The notes below the pieces were generated by a model that saw only the letters and a list, made by a program, of their open reading frames with translations, was not told where the DNA came from and did not search any database. A stretch of DNA of 64,000 nt from Mycoplasmatales bacterium. GTDB lineage: Bacteria; Bacillota_I; Bacilli_A; CBDATW01. Position numbers and translations under genes: made by a program. Position 1 is the stretch's first letter, and each line of letters begins with the position of its first letter. The stretch lies in NCBI GenBank assembly GCA_965200605.1, contig CBDATW010000002.1, positions 30,089-94,088 on the forward strand, in the 5' to 3' direction. Positions 51,990 to 64,000 of the stretch are shown piece by piece.

Positions 51990-53372
51990 CTATTTGTTAA
52001 TTAGTTTTAGCTTTGATTGTTTTTCTTTAGCTTTTTGTTTTTTAACCAATTTAATGTTAGCTTTAATTTTTGCTCTTATCTTTTTGTGCCTAATTTTTCT
52101 AACTTCTTCTTTTAATTTTTTGCGATAGCCAGGTTTAACACCTTTTTTCTTAATCTTAGATTTGGTAGTAGCAATAATAGCCAAAACTTCTTTATCTTCT
52201 TGCGATTTTTCCTTGTTTCCAAACTTTGGAATTCTTTTTTTTATTTTAATTATTGTATCATTTTTTATTTCCAAATGATTAAATGAAATATTATAAGATG
52301 TTAATTTGCTAATAGCTTTTATATCATCACTGCATCACAGTAAAAGTGATTGGCCAGTTTTTCCTGCTCTTCCAGTTCTGCCAGAACGATGTATGTAATA
52401 TTTTGGATCAAATGGTACATTTAGTGAATAGACATGAGAAACATCTTCAATATCTATTCCTCTTGCAGCAATATCAGTTGCAACTAAAATATCATATTTT
52501 TTATTTCTTATATTTACAATAATGTTTTTTCTAACTCTAGATTCTAGTTTTCCATGTAGACCAACAACTTTTTTAGAATATTTTTTTAAAATATTCACTA
52601 ATTTTTCAACCTCAATTTTTGTATTAACAAAAACAATTGCAAGAAATGGTTTTTGAATTTCAATTGCTTTTGATACAACTTGCATTTTTTCTTTATGCTT
52701 TATATTTAACAAATTATGAATAATATTTTTATTATTGTAACTACCTTTATCAATTTCTATAATATTTATATTTTTAACAAATTTTTTAATATAATCCTTT
52801 AGTACTTTTGGAACTGTAGCAGAAAATAATTGAAATGAAGATTTTGAAAGTGCCGATGTTATTGTTATTAACTCATCTCTAAAGCCTAAATCAAAAATCA
52901 TATCTGCTTCATCAATTATTAATGTTTTTACAAACTTGAGATTAAAAAGTTTATTAGATATAAAAATATCATTAATTCTTCCTGGAGTACCAACAATTAC
53001 ATCAGAAATATTGTTTTTAAATTTAATTAATGACTTTTCTTTATCAGTTCCTCCAACTACAAGTTGAATATTGGCTTTACTTTTAATAAATTTTTCAAAT
53101 TTGATAGCTTCATCAAATACCTGTCTTGAAAGTTCTCTTGTTGGGCAAAGAATGATGTATTGAAGTTTATTTATTTTTTCTAAATTATTAAATAATGGAA
53201 TTAAAAAACTATGAGTTTTGCCACTACCAGTATGACTGGCTCCAATTAAGTTTTTATTTTTTAATCCAAGTGGTATTACATTTTCTTGAATTGGTGTCAT
53301 ATGACTAAAACCGATGCTTTTGATTGCATCTAAAACATTTTTTGATAAATTTAGTTTTGTAAATTTAGCCAT
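51990..53372 (-). CDS. DEAD-box ATP-dependent RNA helicase with a Lys-rich C-terminal tail
   Basis: Q-motif FSHMTPIQ, ASHTGSGKT, PTRELS, DEAD (IIDEADMI), SAT and HRSGRTGRAG. Joins through one TGA to track ORF 51990-52274 (KKKGVKPGYRKKLKEE..). Confidence 0.85.
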
Positions 53373-53381
53373 ACTTTCTCC

Positions 53382-54239
53382 TTATCTTTTTGGTAATTTT
53401 TGAGCTCCTAGTTGTCTAACTGATCAAGCAGAATTTTTAATTGCTTTTTTAATAGCATTATTTAATGACATTTTATTTACAAGACAATATGCCAGTGTTC
53501 CAGAAAAAGTATCACCTGCTCCTATTGTAGACATTACTTTTTCTTTTGTGCTTTTGTATTTTACTTCACTACCATCTTTTTTGTATCAAATTGCTCCTTT
53601 TTTACCTATAGTTTGAATAACTGTTGTATCAGTATTTTTAGTCATTCATTTAATATCTTTTTTATTCATCTCATTGGCATTTGGAGTTAAATATTGGAAT
53701 TTTGATAAGAATTTTTTATCAAAATTAATTTTTGGATCTGGATTTAAAATAATTTGAATATTTAGTTTGTTACAAATATTTGCTAAATGTTCAACAACTT
53801 TTTTTGGAGTTTCAAGTTGAGTTAAAACTAAATCACATCTTTTAATTAAATCAATATTTTGATCAATATAGCTTTTGGACATTTCAATATTAGCGCCTGG
53901 CGAAACTAAATATTTATTTTTCTTATTTTTGTTTTCAATAGTGATAATGGATGTGGGATTTTTTTTACTTTTAATAACTCTTGAAACATCAACTCCTTGT
54001 CCTTTTAGTACATCTAAAACTCAATGACCCATTTCATCATTACCCACAAAGCCCATCATATAAGTTTTGGCTCCCAACCAAGAAGCAACTGCAGCTTGAT
54101 TGGCACCCTTACCACCAGGTAATACAAAAATATCCTTAAGAGTTGAATTTGGACATACTGCTCCTTTATACTTTGTTTTTGGTTTTATGTTAAATATATC
54201 AACATTTATAGATCCTACCACTAGTATTTTATTTGCCAT
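53382..54239 (-). CDS. rbsK: ribokinase (PfkB family)
   Basis: VVGSINVD, GGKGANQAAVASWLGA and GAGDTFSG motifs. Three TGA-joined segments. TAA 53382-84. Confidence 0.8.
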
Positions 54240-54998
54240 TTAAAGCACCTCAATTATATTTTTTTGTTTATATGATAAAATTTCAATATTTAATTTGTCT
54301 TGAAAAATTTTTTTCATTTTATTTGAAAAAATGGCTTCCATATAATGCCCTACCAATAATAACTTAACATCAACTTCTTTTGCATAAATTCAAGAGCTAT
54401 GTCTCATTTCGCCTGCAATTAGTAAATCCACTTTATGTTTTTTGGCCAAATCAATTGCTTCGGTTCCATGTGATCCACTTGCCATTAATATTGATTTAAC
54501 TCTTTTTTTATCAAAATTAGTCAATACTCCATTTGTTTTAAAGGATTTTTTACACTTTTTAACAATTGTCTTAAATGCAACTGGGTTATTAAAATAACCA
54601 ATTTGAACTAAATCTTTATTTAATCATTTAAACTTATGAGCTCCTAAAATTTCTAAATATCACTTATTTAATCCATTTTTTGCACCATCAATTGCTGTGT
54701 GGGCAGAAAATGTTACTATTTTATTTTCTTTTAATTTATCATAAAGTTTTTTCACAACATGGTTTGTTTCCAATACCTCTTTTTTTTCTCCTCAAATTAA
54801 GGGGTGGTGAGAGATGATCATATTAGCATTATTTTTAATTGCAAAATCAATTAAATCACTAGTAATATCAAATGTAAAAACTACCTTTGTTACATTAGTT
54901 CTTGGTGAACCAGTGTTATATCCAGTGTAATCTCAATCTAGTTGATGTTTTTTTGGAAAGTATTTATACAATACTTTTACGATTTCATTTGCCTTCAT
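54240..54998 (-). CDS. Nif3-like dinuclear metal-centre protein (YqfO family)
   Basis: WDYTGY, MIISHHPLIW, HTAIDG and LVGHYMEA motifs. 252 aa. The stop abuts the rbsK ATG. Confidence 0.8.
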
Positions 54999-55659
54999 AT
55001 CCTGTCTCCAAATACAATTCAATAGCTTTAATTTCTCTACTAATATGTATTTTTTTATTTTGATCATTTATTTTACTAATAAATTGACTTAAATGATTTA
55101 ATCTTTTTGTGAATTTATTAATTGCTATTTTTTCTTTATTGTATCTTAATTTCGGACCAATAAATATATCAACATCATCTTTAAGGCCCACACCTGATTT
55201 ATCAACTGATATTATTGTGTAAATAAATTCACCATCTTTTACTAATTTTTCATCATTAATTTTTAATTTTTTTTCTTTAATAAATTCTCTAATTAAACCT
55301 TCATTTTTTTGTGGCTGTAAAACTAATTGAATATTATTAATATTTTTTATTTCATTAATTATATTAATGATTAATTTTCCACCCATTCCAGCGATAATTG
55401 CACATTGAAAGTTTTGATTAATTGATTTAAAGCCATCTGACAAAACTGTTTGAACGTTTAATTGCCCAGTCTTTTTGATATTTCTTTTACAAGTTTCAAG
55501 GGGTTTGGCATTAATATCACTAGCTATGATTTTATTAGCTTTTTGACCTTGAATCAAATGAATTGATAACCAACAATGATCACAACCAATTTCCACAAGA
55601 CTATCACAATCAATAACTAAATCATAAATTGTTTGCAATCTTTTTGATAATTTATTCAT
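54964..55659 (-). CDS. trmK: tRNA (adenine22-N1)-methyltransferase TrmK
   Basis: LSKRLQTIYDLV..LVEIGCDHCWLSIHL..IASDIN..IIAGMGG. The track ORF stop at 54985 is TGA=Trp, and the true TAA is 54964-66. The 3' end therefore overlaps nif3 by 35 nt. Confidence 0.8.
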
Positions 55660-57202
55660 TACTAATATTTATATTGGCAAAGTCATTAATTCTTTTAGCT
55701 GTAGCTGGACCTCTAAGTTTTTTAATAGCCTTTGCTTCAATTTGTCTAATTCTTTCCCTTGTAACTTGTAATTTATGACCCACTTCTTCAAGAGTATGAT
55801 TTTTTGGATTTTTAATATCTAGATTTGAAATTCCATTTTTCTTAGAATAATTGTGAAGTGATTTTGGAATTTTAAGACCATATCTTAAAGCAAGAACCAA
55901 AGCTTCCCTTTCCTCTAGGCCTTCAAGAAGAATTGACATTTCTCTTTGTAATGATTCTTTTTCAGAAACTTCAGTTGGTGTATCAATTGTTTTATCTTGG
56001 ATAAAATCTCCAAGAGCAGAATCATTTTCTTCTCCAATGGGTTTTTCCAAAGAGGTAATTGGAATATCAATTTTTTTAATGTGATTAATTTTAGCTGTAA
56101 GTTCTTGCAGTTTTGCTTTTTTATTTTTTAGCGATTTTGCAGCATCAATTTCATCGCCATAAATTTCAATAGCAATTTCTTTTGCACTTGGCTCTCTACC
56201 AATTTTTTGAATTAATTGCCTTTGAATTTTATTTACTTTATTAATTGTTTCAACCATATGAACTGGTATTCTAATTGTTCTGGCCTGATCAGCAATTGCT
56301 CTTGTTATGGCTTGTCTAATTCATCATGTAGCATATGTGGCAAATTTAAAACCTCTTGTATAATCATATTTATCAACAGCTCTTACAAGTCCAATATTAC
56401 CTTCTTGAATTAAATCAAGAAAAGATAATCCACGATTGACATATTTTTTGGCATTAGAAACAACAAGCCTTAGATTGGATTTAACAAATACGGTTTTAGC
56501 TTCTTGATATTTTTCTTGACCTTTTTTAAATTCCATTTCTGCTTCTTTATATTTTTTAGTTGTTTTTGAACGAGAATAATCCATTACTTCTTTTGATTGA
56601 GACATCATCAGTTTACCTTCTTCTAATATTTTGGCTCATTTGTGCTCGTTTTTAATAGATTTAAGCATTCCAGATTTGGCAATTTCTTTTAAATATCTTT
56701 TAACTGGATCTTCAATTTTAACTTTATCAGAAAGTGACATATCATGATCATAATATCTTTTATGTTTTGCATCTTCTTCATTATTTTCAACTTCATCAAA
56801 GTGTTCAAACATTTCATTTGCATCTTCTGATTCATTAATTTGAATACCATTATCAATTAAAAATTCTTGAAGTTCTTCTGAATCTTCTGTTGTTAATTTA
56901 ATTTTTTTTGTAGCTGATTCAATATCGATTCATTCAAGTGTATTTTTTTGTTTTTTAGCTAAATCTAAAAGATTTGTTTTAATTTGTTTTAAATCTGCAA
57001 TATCACCAGACTTATTTGTATCTAAACTATACCCATCAACACTTTTGGCTTTTTTTGTTTCCTTTTTTTTACCAGCAACCTTTAATATCTCATTAATTAA
57101 TTTGTTTCTTGTAACAATTTTTAAACCATAGCTAGTGGCAATATTTCTAATTTCAGTAATTTTCATTGAATTCAATTCAACTTCACTATATTTTTTTGTC
57201 AT
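55652..57202 (-). CDS. rpoD: RNA polymerase sigma factor RpoD/SigA
   Basis: Region 2 [45 protein letters not shown] and region 4 [28 protein letters not shown]. Three track ORFs share one frame. Confidence 0.9.
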
Positions 57203-58937
57203 TTATTTTTCCCCACTTTTTAACTTCATGTTTTTTTTGAAGTAATTCTACTTTTTCCTCTAAATTATCACTTTTATTTATTTTGAAGTCTATCGCCTTT
57301 CTTTGTAGATCATTGAGCATTTTATTTTTAATTACATTTATTAAATCTTCAAACTCTTTTTTATGATATGTAATTTCTAGTGAATGTTTTTCAATTATTT
57401 TAAATTCACTTAATAACTCAGCTTTATTTTTTATAATATTTTTAAATTGTTCAACATCAAAGTTTTTATTTTGTTTATAAAATCCCACAATATAATCGGC
57501 AATATGTCTTCTAATCTGGTTATTTAAATAAATTGATTTAATTTTATATTGCTCTGCTGCATCTTTATTTTTAATCATATTAGCCAATAATTTTCTTTCT
57601 CACTTATCTGAAGTCTTAATTTTATCTTCTGACTTATTTACGCTGTTTATTTGCTGATTTTGGCTATAATATACTTCTTTTTCTATCTCAATATTTAATT
57701 TTGTTTTTAAAATATTTCTAAATATATTCACCTCTTCTTTGTTTTTATAGTTTTTTATAAGTGGCTCAACAAATTTTTTAAATTCAGCAACATCTTTAAT
57801 GTTATTGGCTTCTATTTTATTAATTACATTATCAATTAAGTATTGAAATACTTTTTGTGATGAAATAACTAATTCTTTTAGTTTATCTTTTCCATATTTC
57901 AAATAAATATCATCAACATCCATATTTTCAATTGGTTTAACTATTTTAACTTCAAAGCCAGCTGCTACTAGATCACTTACCATTTTGAATGCAGATTTTT
58001 GTCCTGCTTGATCTGAGTCCATAAATATATTAATTACATTAGTGTGTGCTTTTAATAAATTAATATGATTTAAGCTAAATGCAGTCCCCATAGTTGCTAC
58101 AACATTTTTAATGCCCGCTTTGTACAAAGCAATAACATCCATAAATCCTTCTACAACAATAATTTCATTATTGTGCACTAAATTTTCTTTTGCATTTGCA
58201 ATATTGTATAAAATTTTATTTTTAATAAATATTTTTGATTCTGGGGAATTTGTATATTTTGCTCTTGTGTCATCTTTATTAAAAATTCTTCCAGAAAATC
58301 CTACTGTATTACCATCATTATCCAATATTGGAAAAACAATTCGATTGGTAAAAAAATCATAAAATTTTTCATTATTTAATGAAAATAATCCACAATCTGC
58401 TAATTCTAAATCTTGATAATTAAAAGATTGAATTAATTTCAATAATTTATTATTTTTTGGAGCAAAACCAATTCCAAATTCTTCAATTATTTGATTATCT
58501 AGATTTCTTTGTGTCAAATAATCTAGGGCTTCTTTTCCTTGTTGGCTTTTTAACATAAGTGAATAAAAATCTTTTGCTTTATTATTTATTTCAATTAGTT
58601 TTAATTGGTTTTCATCATATTTATTACCTTGCTGTGCATTTGATATATTTATATCAACATCAACATTACAAATAGCAGCAACTTTTTTTAAGGCTTCAAT
58701 GTTAGAAACTGAATCAATATCTTTTATAAACTTTATTGAATTTCCCCCTACCCCACAAGCAAAGCATTTATAAATTTGTTTTTCTTCAGAAATAGACATA
58801 GAAGGTGTAGTGTCACTATGAAAAGGGCAAATTGCTCAATAGTTTTTACCTTTTTGAGCAACTTCAACATATTTTGAGACAACATCAATAATATTAGACT
58901 TTGCTAATACTACTTCAAATATTGATTGATTAGACAT
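57186..58937 (-). CDS. dnaG: DNA primase
   Basis: Zinc finger CPFHSDTTPS..CFACGVGGN, TOPRIM EGFMDVIAL and DSDQAGQK. Track ORFs 57600-58799 and 57186-57587 join through TGA. Overlaps rpoD by 17 nt. Confidence 0.9.
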
Positions 58938-60280
58938 TATATTAAAACTACTTTCTGGATTTTATCAATAGCATCTTTGATGCTTAATGTTTCTTGACTT
59001 GAATCATCCCTATTTCTAATTGTAACTATGTTGCTTTCTAAACTTTGATCATCAATTGTGATGCAAAAAGGTGTACCAATTTTATCTTGTTTTTTATACC
59101 TTTTACCAATACTTCCATTTTCACTTAATTTAGTATTAAATTTTTGAGCAAATACTTCATAAACTTCATTTGCTTTTTGACTATGAACTTTTTTGATTAA
59201 AGGTAGTATGGCAACTTTAATTGGTGCAAGCTTTGGTTCAATTTTTAAAACATCTCTATCATCTATTTTTTGAAATGATGATAAAAGTATTGCAAGCATT
59301 AATCTTTCTACACCAAAAGAAGGTTCAATTACTGAGGGTATAACTTCAATGTTTTCTTCCCCATCTCTTATCATTTGTTTTTCTTGTGCAAATTGATTGT
59401 GTGAATTAATATCAAATTGGTTTCGATGGGCAATTCCGCATAATTCTTTTTGACCAAAAGGAAATTTGAATTCAAAATCAGTTGTCGCTTTTGAATAATG
59501 AGATAGCTCATTTGTGTCATGCTCTCTTTTTGTTATAAGGTTTTTATCAACACCAACTTCTAATAAAAACTCTTCAACTTTATTGACATAAAAATCAAAT
59601 CAATCATTTTTGTCAATTTCATTATTAAAGAAAAATTCAAGTTCCATTTGTTCAAATTCCTTAGTTCTAAAAATAAAATTACCTGGAGTTATTTCATTTC
59701 TAAAAGCTTTACCAATTTGTCCAATTCCAAAAGGTAATTTTTTATTTGCACTTTTAGCTACTGCTGCAAAATTAATAAAAATTCCCTGAGCAGTTTCTGG
59801 TCTTAAATATGCTTTTTGATCTTCACCAATAATTGACATATCAGTTTCAAACATTAAATTAAAATTTCTAATTTGTGTATAATTAAGTTTCTTGCAATTT
59901 AAACAATTAATTTCTTTTTCTTTAATAAACTTTTCTAATTTACCAAAATCTCATCTTTCAACATTTTCATTAGTTTTACTTTCAACAAGCATATCTGCTC
60001 TATATCTCGATTTACATTCTTTACAATCAATTAATAGATCAGAAAAATTTGATAAATGCCCTGATGCTTCTCAAACTTTTGGTGCTAAAATAATAGAAGA
60101 ATCCAACCCTTCAATATTTTTATCTTGTTGAACAAATCTTTTTCATCAAAGAGATTTAATATTATTTTTTAATTCAATTCCTAGAGGTCCAAAATCTCAT
60201 GAATTAGCCATTCCACCATAGATTCTTGACCCTTGAAAAACAAACCCACTTTCTTTTAAGTAGGTAATAAATTGTTCCAT
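58937..60280 (-). CDS. glyS: glycyl-tRNA synthetase (dimeric class II, GlyQS)
   Basis: [49 protein letters not shown] and [12 protein letters not shown] 60280. TAA overlaps the dnaG ATG. Confidence 0.9.
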
Positions 60281-60381
60281 ATACTAACCTCATTTCTAAA
60301 AAATTAAAACATTTCCATTATCAAAAGTCAAGACACAATGAGTGTATAAAGTTTTTTAGATATATGTTATAATTTTGTTTA

Positions 60382-61737
60382 ATGAAAAATAATCATAATA
60401 CAAATTACATAATGGCGCAGATGCCATATAAAAAAGCACTTTGAAAAATTGTTTTACCCTCTATTGCTACTGCTCTTGTTATGACAGCTTATTTTACAAT
60501 TGATAGAATATTAATTGCTCGTTTAGTCTCAAGTGATGCTATGGGTTCATTTCAATATATTGGTTCACAATTTCAATTGCTTTCTGGAATCCTTTTTATA
60601 ATAAGTGCTGGCTCAAAATTTTCTCTTTCGATTGCCTTTGGAGAAAAAGATATAACAACTCAAAGACAAATATTAAAAAATAGTTTTTGATTAATGTTTA
60701 TATTATCTAGTTTAATGTTAGTATTTCTTATTTTATATGGAACAAAATTTCCTTATATAATGGGCGCGCCAGAGCCTTTAGCCTCTCTAGGAGCTATTTA
60801 TATTAAAGTAATTACACCAGCAATGTTTTTTCAAGCTTTTGTTCATCTTTTTAATGCTTGATACACTTCAAAAGGTTATACAAAAATGTTATTTATTTTT
60901 ACATTAATTGCTCAACTAGCAAATATTGCCTTTGATATTTTATTTATGAAATATTTTAATATGGGAATAGCTGGTGCAGCATGAGCAACATCAATTAGTA
61001 TATATCTTAGTTTAATTATGTTTGTTGGATATTCATATTTTTTTAAAAAAGAATTTATGATTAATTTTTTCAAATACAAACCTTCATTTAGCATAATCAA
61101 AAAAATATCTCAAAGAGGCATTCCTTCAAGTATGACTAATGTTTTACTTGGATTAAAAATCATGACATTTACCTACTTCTTTACTAAAGTTGCAGCAAAA
61201 GAACAAATCATTGTTTATACCGCAGCCAGAACTATAATGGGATTATTGATGATTCCTGCTTTTGGAATTATTAATGGCTCTTCTCCACTTTTGGGATATA
61301 ACTTTGGAGCAAAAAACTTTGTGCGACTAAAAGATGTTTCTAGATACAAACTAAAAGCTTCTACAATTTATCTTTTGGTTACTGCTGCTATTATTTGAAT
61401 ATTCCCTAGACAACTGCTAAGTATTTTTAATTCTGGTCAATATGATAGTTCAGTTTTCATTTCTAGAATATTAGTACTTACATTTTGAATGATTTCATAT
61501 CCCATTGCATGGGGAGTACTCTTTAGTGCATCTGGGCATCCAAAACAAGCATCAACAATTCATATCATTAGATCAATACTAACTTTTATTCCAATTATGG
61601 TTATTGCCTCATTTTTTAATTCTTGAAAAATAATGATTATTGCTTTGCCTATTCAAGAAGTTATTGCTACCTTTGTTTGTTGAATCTATATTAAAAAACA
61701 ATTGAAAAAACCCTCCATTGCTCAATTTGTTAAATAA
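60382..61737 (+). CDS. MATE-family efflux transporter
   Basis: 451-aa, 12-TM-type protein. LWKIVLPSIATAL N-terminus, RGIPSSMTN second-half start, several TGA. Track ORFs 60481.. and 61018.. are in the same frame. Confidence 0.75.
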
Positions 61738-61866
61738 TGTTAATCAAAATTAAATAGAAAAAAATTGAATTTGTGAATTTTTAGATTCAAAACATAGTAA
61801 TGATATGAAATTAATATCTTAGAAATTTATTGGATATTTTTAAATTAAAAAGAAATTACTGGTTTT

Positions 61867-62751
61867 TTATTCATATCCATAAAGTTTGATAATATCTTTT
61901 TTATTTTTTCATTTTTTTTCAATTTTAACAAATACTTCTAGATAAACATCTTTCTTAAGATGTTTTTTGATTTGAAATCTTGAGTTTTTGGAAATTATTG
62001 ATATCATTTTTCCAGCTTTTCCAACAATGATTCTTTTATGAGAATCTTTTTCAACAATAATTAAACCATTAATTATTCATAAATCTTTTTTACGATTAAA
62101 GCTCATTTTTTCAATTAATGTTGCAACTCCATGAGGCACTTCTTCTTTTGTTTTGTGCAATACTTGCTCCCTTATCAGTTCAGCTAAATAAAATTCTGTA
62201 CTTTGATCTACAATAGTTTCTTTATCAAAATAATGCGGTCCTTCTGGCATAATTTTTATTATCTTTTCAAGAAGTATATTAATATTTTTTCCAGTTTCAG
62301 CAGAAATTGCAAAGACTTCATCAAAACCCTCAATACCATTAAATTCACTTAATTTTTTAATTAAACCATCTTCTTTCAATGCATCTATTTTATTTACTAC
62401 CAAAAATACTGGTATATTTTTTTTAGAAATTATTTCTAATATTTTTTTATCCCCAATGCCAAATTCAGAATTAGCTTCAACCAAAAACAAAATTAATTCA
62501 CAATCATTCATTGAATTCCAAGCTGAATTATTCATTAAACTAGAAAAACTACCTTTTGTCTTGTGAATACCTGGTGTATCAATAAAAACTATTTGATAAT
62601 TTTGACCATTTAAAATTCCTCTAACATTATTTCGAGTAGTTTGAGCTTTATTTGATGTTATTGAAATTTTAGTTTTCAATATTTTATTTAAAAGCGTTGA
62701 TTTTCCAACATTAGCTCTACCAACAATTGCCACAAAGCCAGATTTAAACAT
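61867..62751 (-). CDS. era: GTPase Era
   Basis: GRANVGKSTLLN, DTPG and NKID G motifs, then a KH domain after one TGA (..IVGKAGKMI..). TAA 61867-69. Confidence 0.9.
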
Positions 62752-63139
62752 CTAGATTCTCTTTTCCAAAAGCAAAAGGCAATAGATCGCCAACAGTAAT
62801 TTCTTTATTTTTACTATCATTTCCAATAATAATTTTAACATCACTATTAAATAACTCGCTAATTACTTGTCTACATATTCCACATGGAAAGCATAGCTTC
62901 TCTTTTTTGTTGTAAAGAGCAATAGATTTTATTGCTTTTGGATCAAAAGATTTAGAAAACATTGTTCCAATAGCGCTTCTTTCAGCACATTGCGTTGCTC
63001 CAAAAGAGGCATTTTCAACATTGGCACCTAAAACAAAATTTCCATCTTCAAATTCCAATGCACATCCAACATTGAATTTTGAATATGGAGCATATGCCTT
63101 AGTTGAAGCTTCTTTAGCTTTTAAAAGAACTTTTTCCAT
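62744..63139 (-). CDS. cdd: cytidine deaminase
   Basis: GAGGT RBS and ATG 63139. YAPYSKFNVG, CAERSAI and PCGICRQ zinc motifs. Overlaps era by 8 nt. Confidence 0.9.
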   Translation of the reverse strand: MEKVLLKAKEASTKAYAPYSKFNVGCALEFEDGNFVLGANVENASFGATQCAERSAIGTMFSKSFDPKAIKSIALYNKKEKLCFPCGICRQVISELFNSDVKIIIGNDSKNKEITVGDLLPFAFGKENLDV

Positions 63140-63156
63140 TTTTACCTCTTGATATT

Positions 63157-63565
63157 TTAATTTATCAAAGCACCTTCTTTTGCAAATCAAACATTATTTT
63201 TTCATTTTTTTTTATTTTTATGGTTGTATCCAATGATATGTAATAAACCATGTAAATATAAAAAAACATATCTCTCTTCTTTGAGAATGATTATATTTTT
63301 TTGCTTGAGATTTAACTTTATCTACTGAAATAATAATTTCACCTAATAATTGAGATTTAATAGCTACTTTTTCTTTTCCTTGATCAAACCCAAATGAAAT
63401 TACATCAGTTGATTTATCTTGTTTTCGGTATTTTTTTGTTAATTTTTTAGATTTGGCATTTGTGACAAAAACAAGCGAAATTTCTCTTTTATCTTTAATT
63501 TTTAAAATCTTATATAGGCATTGATTAATGTCTAAAAAGTCTTGTTTAAACGAGAATAACTTCAT
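63157..63565 (-). pseudogene. ybeY: rRNA maturation RNase YbeY, with one +1 frameshift as sequenced
   Basis: The track ORF ends ..HSQRREICFFIFTWFITYHWIQP*. The next frame reads FLYLHGLLHIIGYNHKNKKK.., the YbeY HGxLHxxGYxH zinc motif. Removing one base from the T7 run (A7 on plus, 63260-66) joins them. The corrected stop is at 63157-59. Confidence 0.85.
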
Positions 63566-63614
63566 GTTTTAGAATAAAAATTATTATACAGCAACATTTT
63601 ATCTCCTATAATAA

Positions 63615-64000
63615 TTATAACACAATATCAATATTCTTAATCTTTAGATTAACATCATGATCAACAATTAAAATTGTTTTATCTTTATATTTTTTAAAAA
63701 TTTCATTGTAGACTTTATTTCTAATTTTAAGTGCTACTGATGACATTGCTTCATCTAAAACAATGGACTCAAAATCTTGTTGTAAGGCAAGTAATACGTT
63801 CCTGATTTGCCTTTGACCATCTGATACAAGTTCTTGTTCTAAATTAAATTCATCAAGATTTAATCAATTAAACATTTCATCTTCTGGTTTTGTAATAACT
63901 GAACTAGTTGATGATAAATAAATTCTTTTTAATAGCGTATTATTAAAAAGCCCACAATACATTTTTAAATAAGTGGATTTACCAGTTCCGTTTTCTCCTT
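63615..64000 (-). CDS. ABC transporter ATP-binding protein, C-terminal part (5' end outside window)
   Basis: Reverse translation from the window edge reads GENGTGKST (Walker A), VSDGQRQ (signature) and IVLDEA (Walker B). TAA 63615-17. Confidence 0.7.

Noticed and set aside
1-64000. Scan for CRISPR arrays, IS elements or transposases, integrases, prophage genes, rRNA and tRNA genes.
   Set aside because: I saw no regularly spaced direct repeats, no transposase- or integrase-like ORFs, and no cloverleaf-like or rRNA-like GC-rich islands by eye. The only GC-rich islands were rnpB and the riboswitch. A tRNAscan or Infernal run would be needed to exclude small RNAs formally.

Overview
This is a strongly AT-rich chromosomal segment of Mollicutes (Mycoplasma) type. 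The ORF track only makes sense under genetic code 4. Dozens of in-frame TGA codons sit at conserved Trp positions (GH1 'FLWGGA', AcpS 'GRWAAKEA', Era, GlyRS), so I joined TGA-split ORFs into about 75 genes.

Gene content, in order:
- acpS, plsC, scpAB and rluB.
- An RpiR-regulated cellobiose-type PTS and 6-phospho-beta-glucosidase operon, followed by pgi.
- ppa, then an FMN riboswitch controlling a RibU-like transporter gene.
- cmk-der, hup, recU, a DivIVA-domain gene abutting RNase P RNA, and pgsA.
- A 2-oxoacid dehydrogenase cluster in the order E2-E3-fused E1 alpha/beta.
- ruvAB, secDF, apt, relA, hisS-aspS, tkt, plsY, parEC, and yqeG-(yqeH relic)-nadD/yqeK.
- rpsU, nusB-efp, rpmG, nfo, metK, a DEAD-box helicase, and rbsK.
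- The glyS-dnaG-rpoD-trmK-nif3 block, then a MATE pump and ybeY-cdd-era.

I found no rRNA, tRNA, CRISPR array or IS element.

Main second-look items:
1. Sixteen single-base +1 frameshifts occur at short homopolymers in conserved genes. Fifteen of them lie within 14.0-30.3 kb, and hisS and aspS are among the affected genes. This is either an assembly artefact or slippage-rescued tracts.
2. A small accessory patch at 43.8-46.4 kb holds an orphan AbiEi/DUF6088-like gene, a 492-aa repeat-containing surface protein and a small acidic protein.
3. An orphan MazF/PemK-like ORF lies downstream of ppa.
4. A decayed yqeH relic lies between yqeG and nadD.
5. Three palindromic candidate operators precede the PTS operon.
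6. An orphan terminator and a palindrome sit in one divergent intergenic region.

All product calls come from reading motifs by eye. No database search was run.
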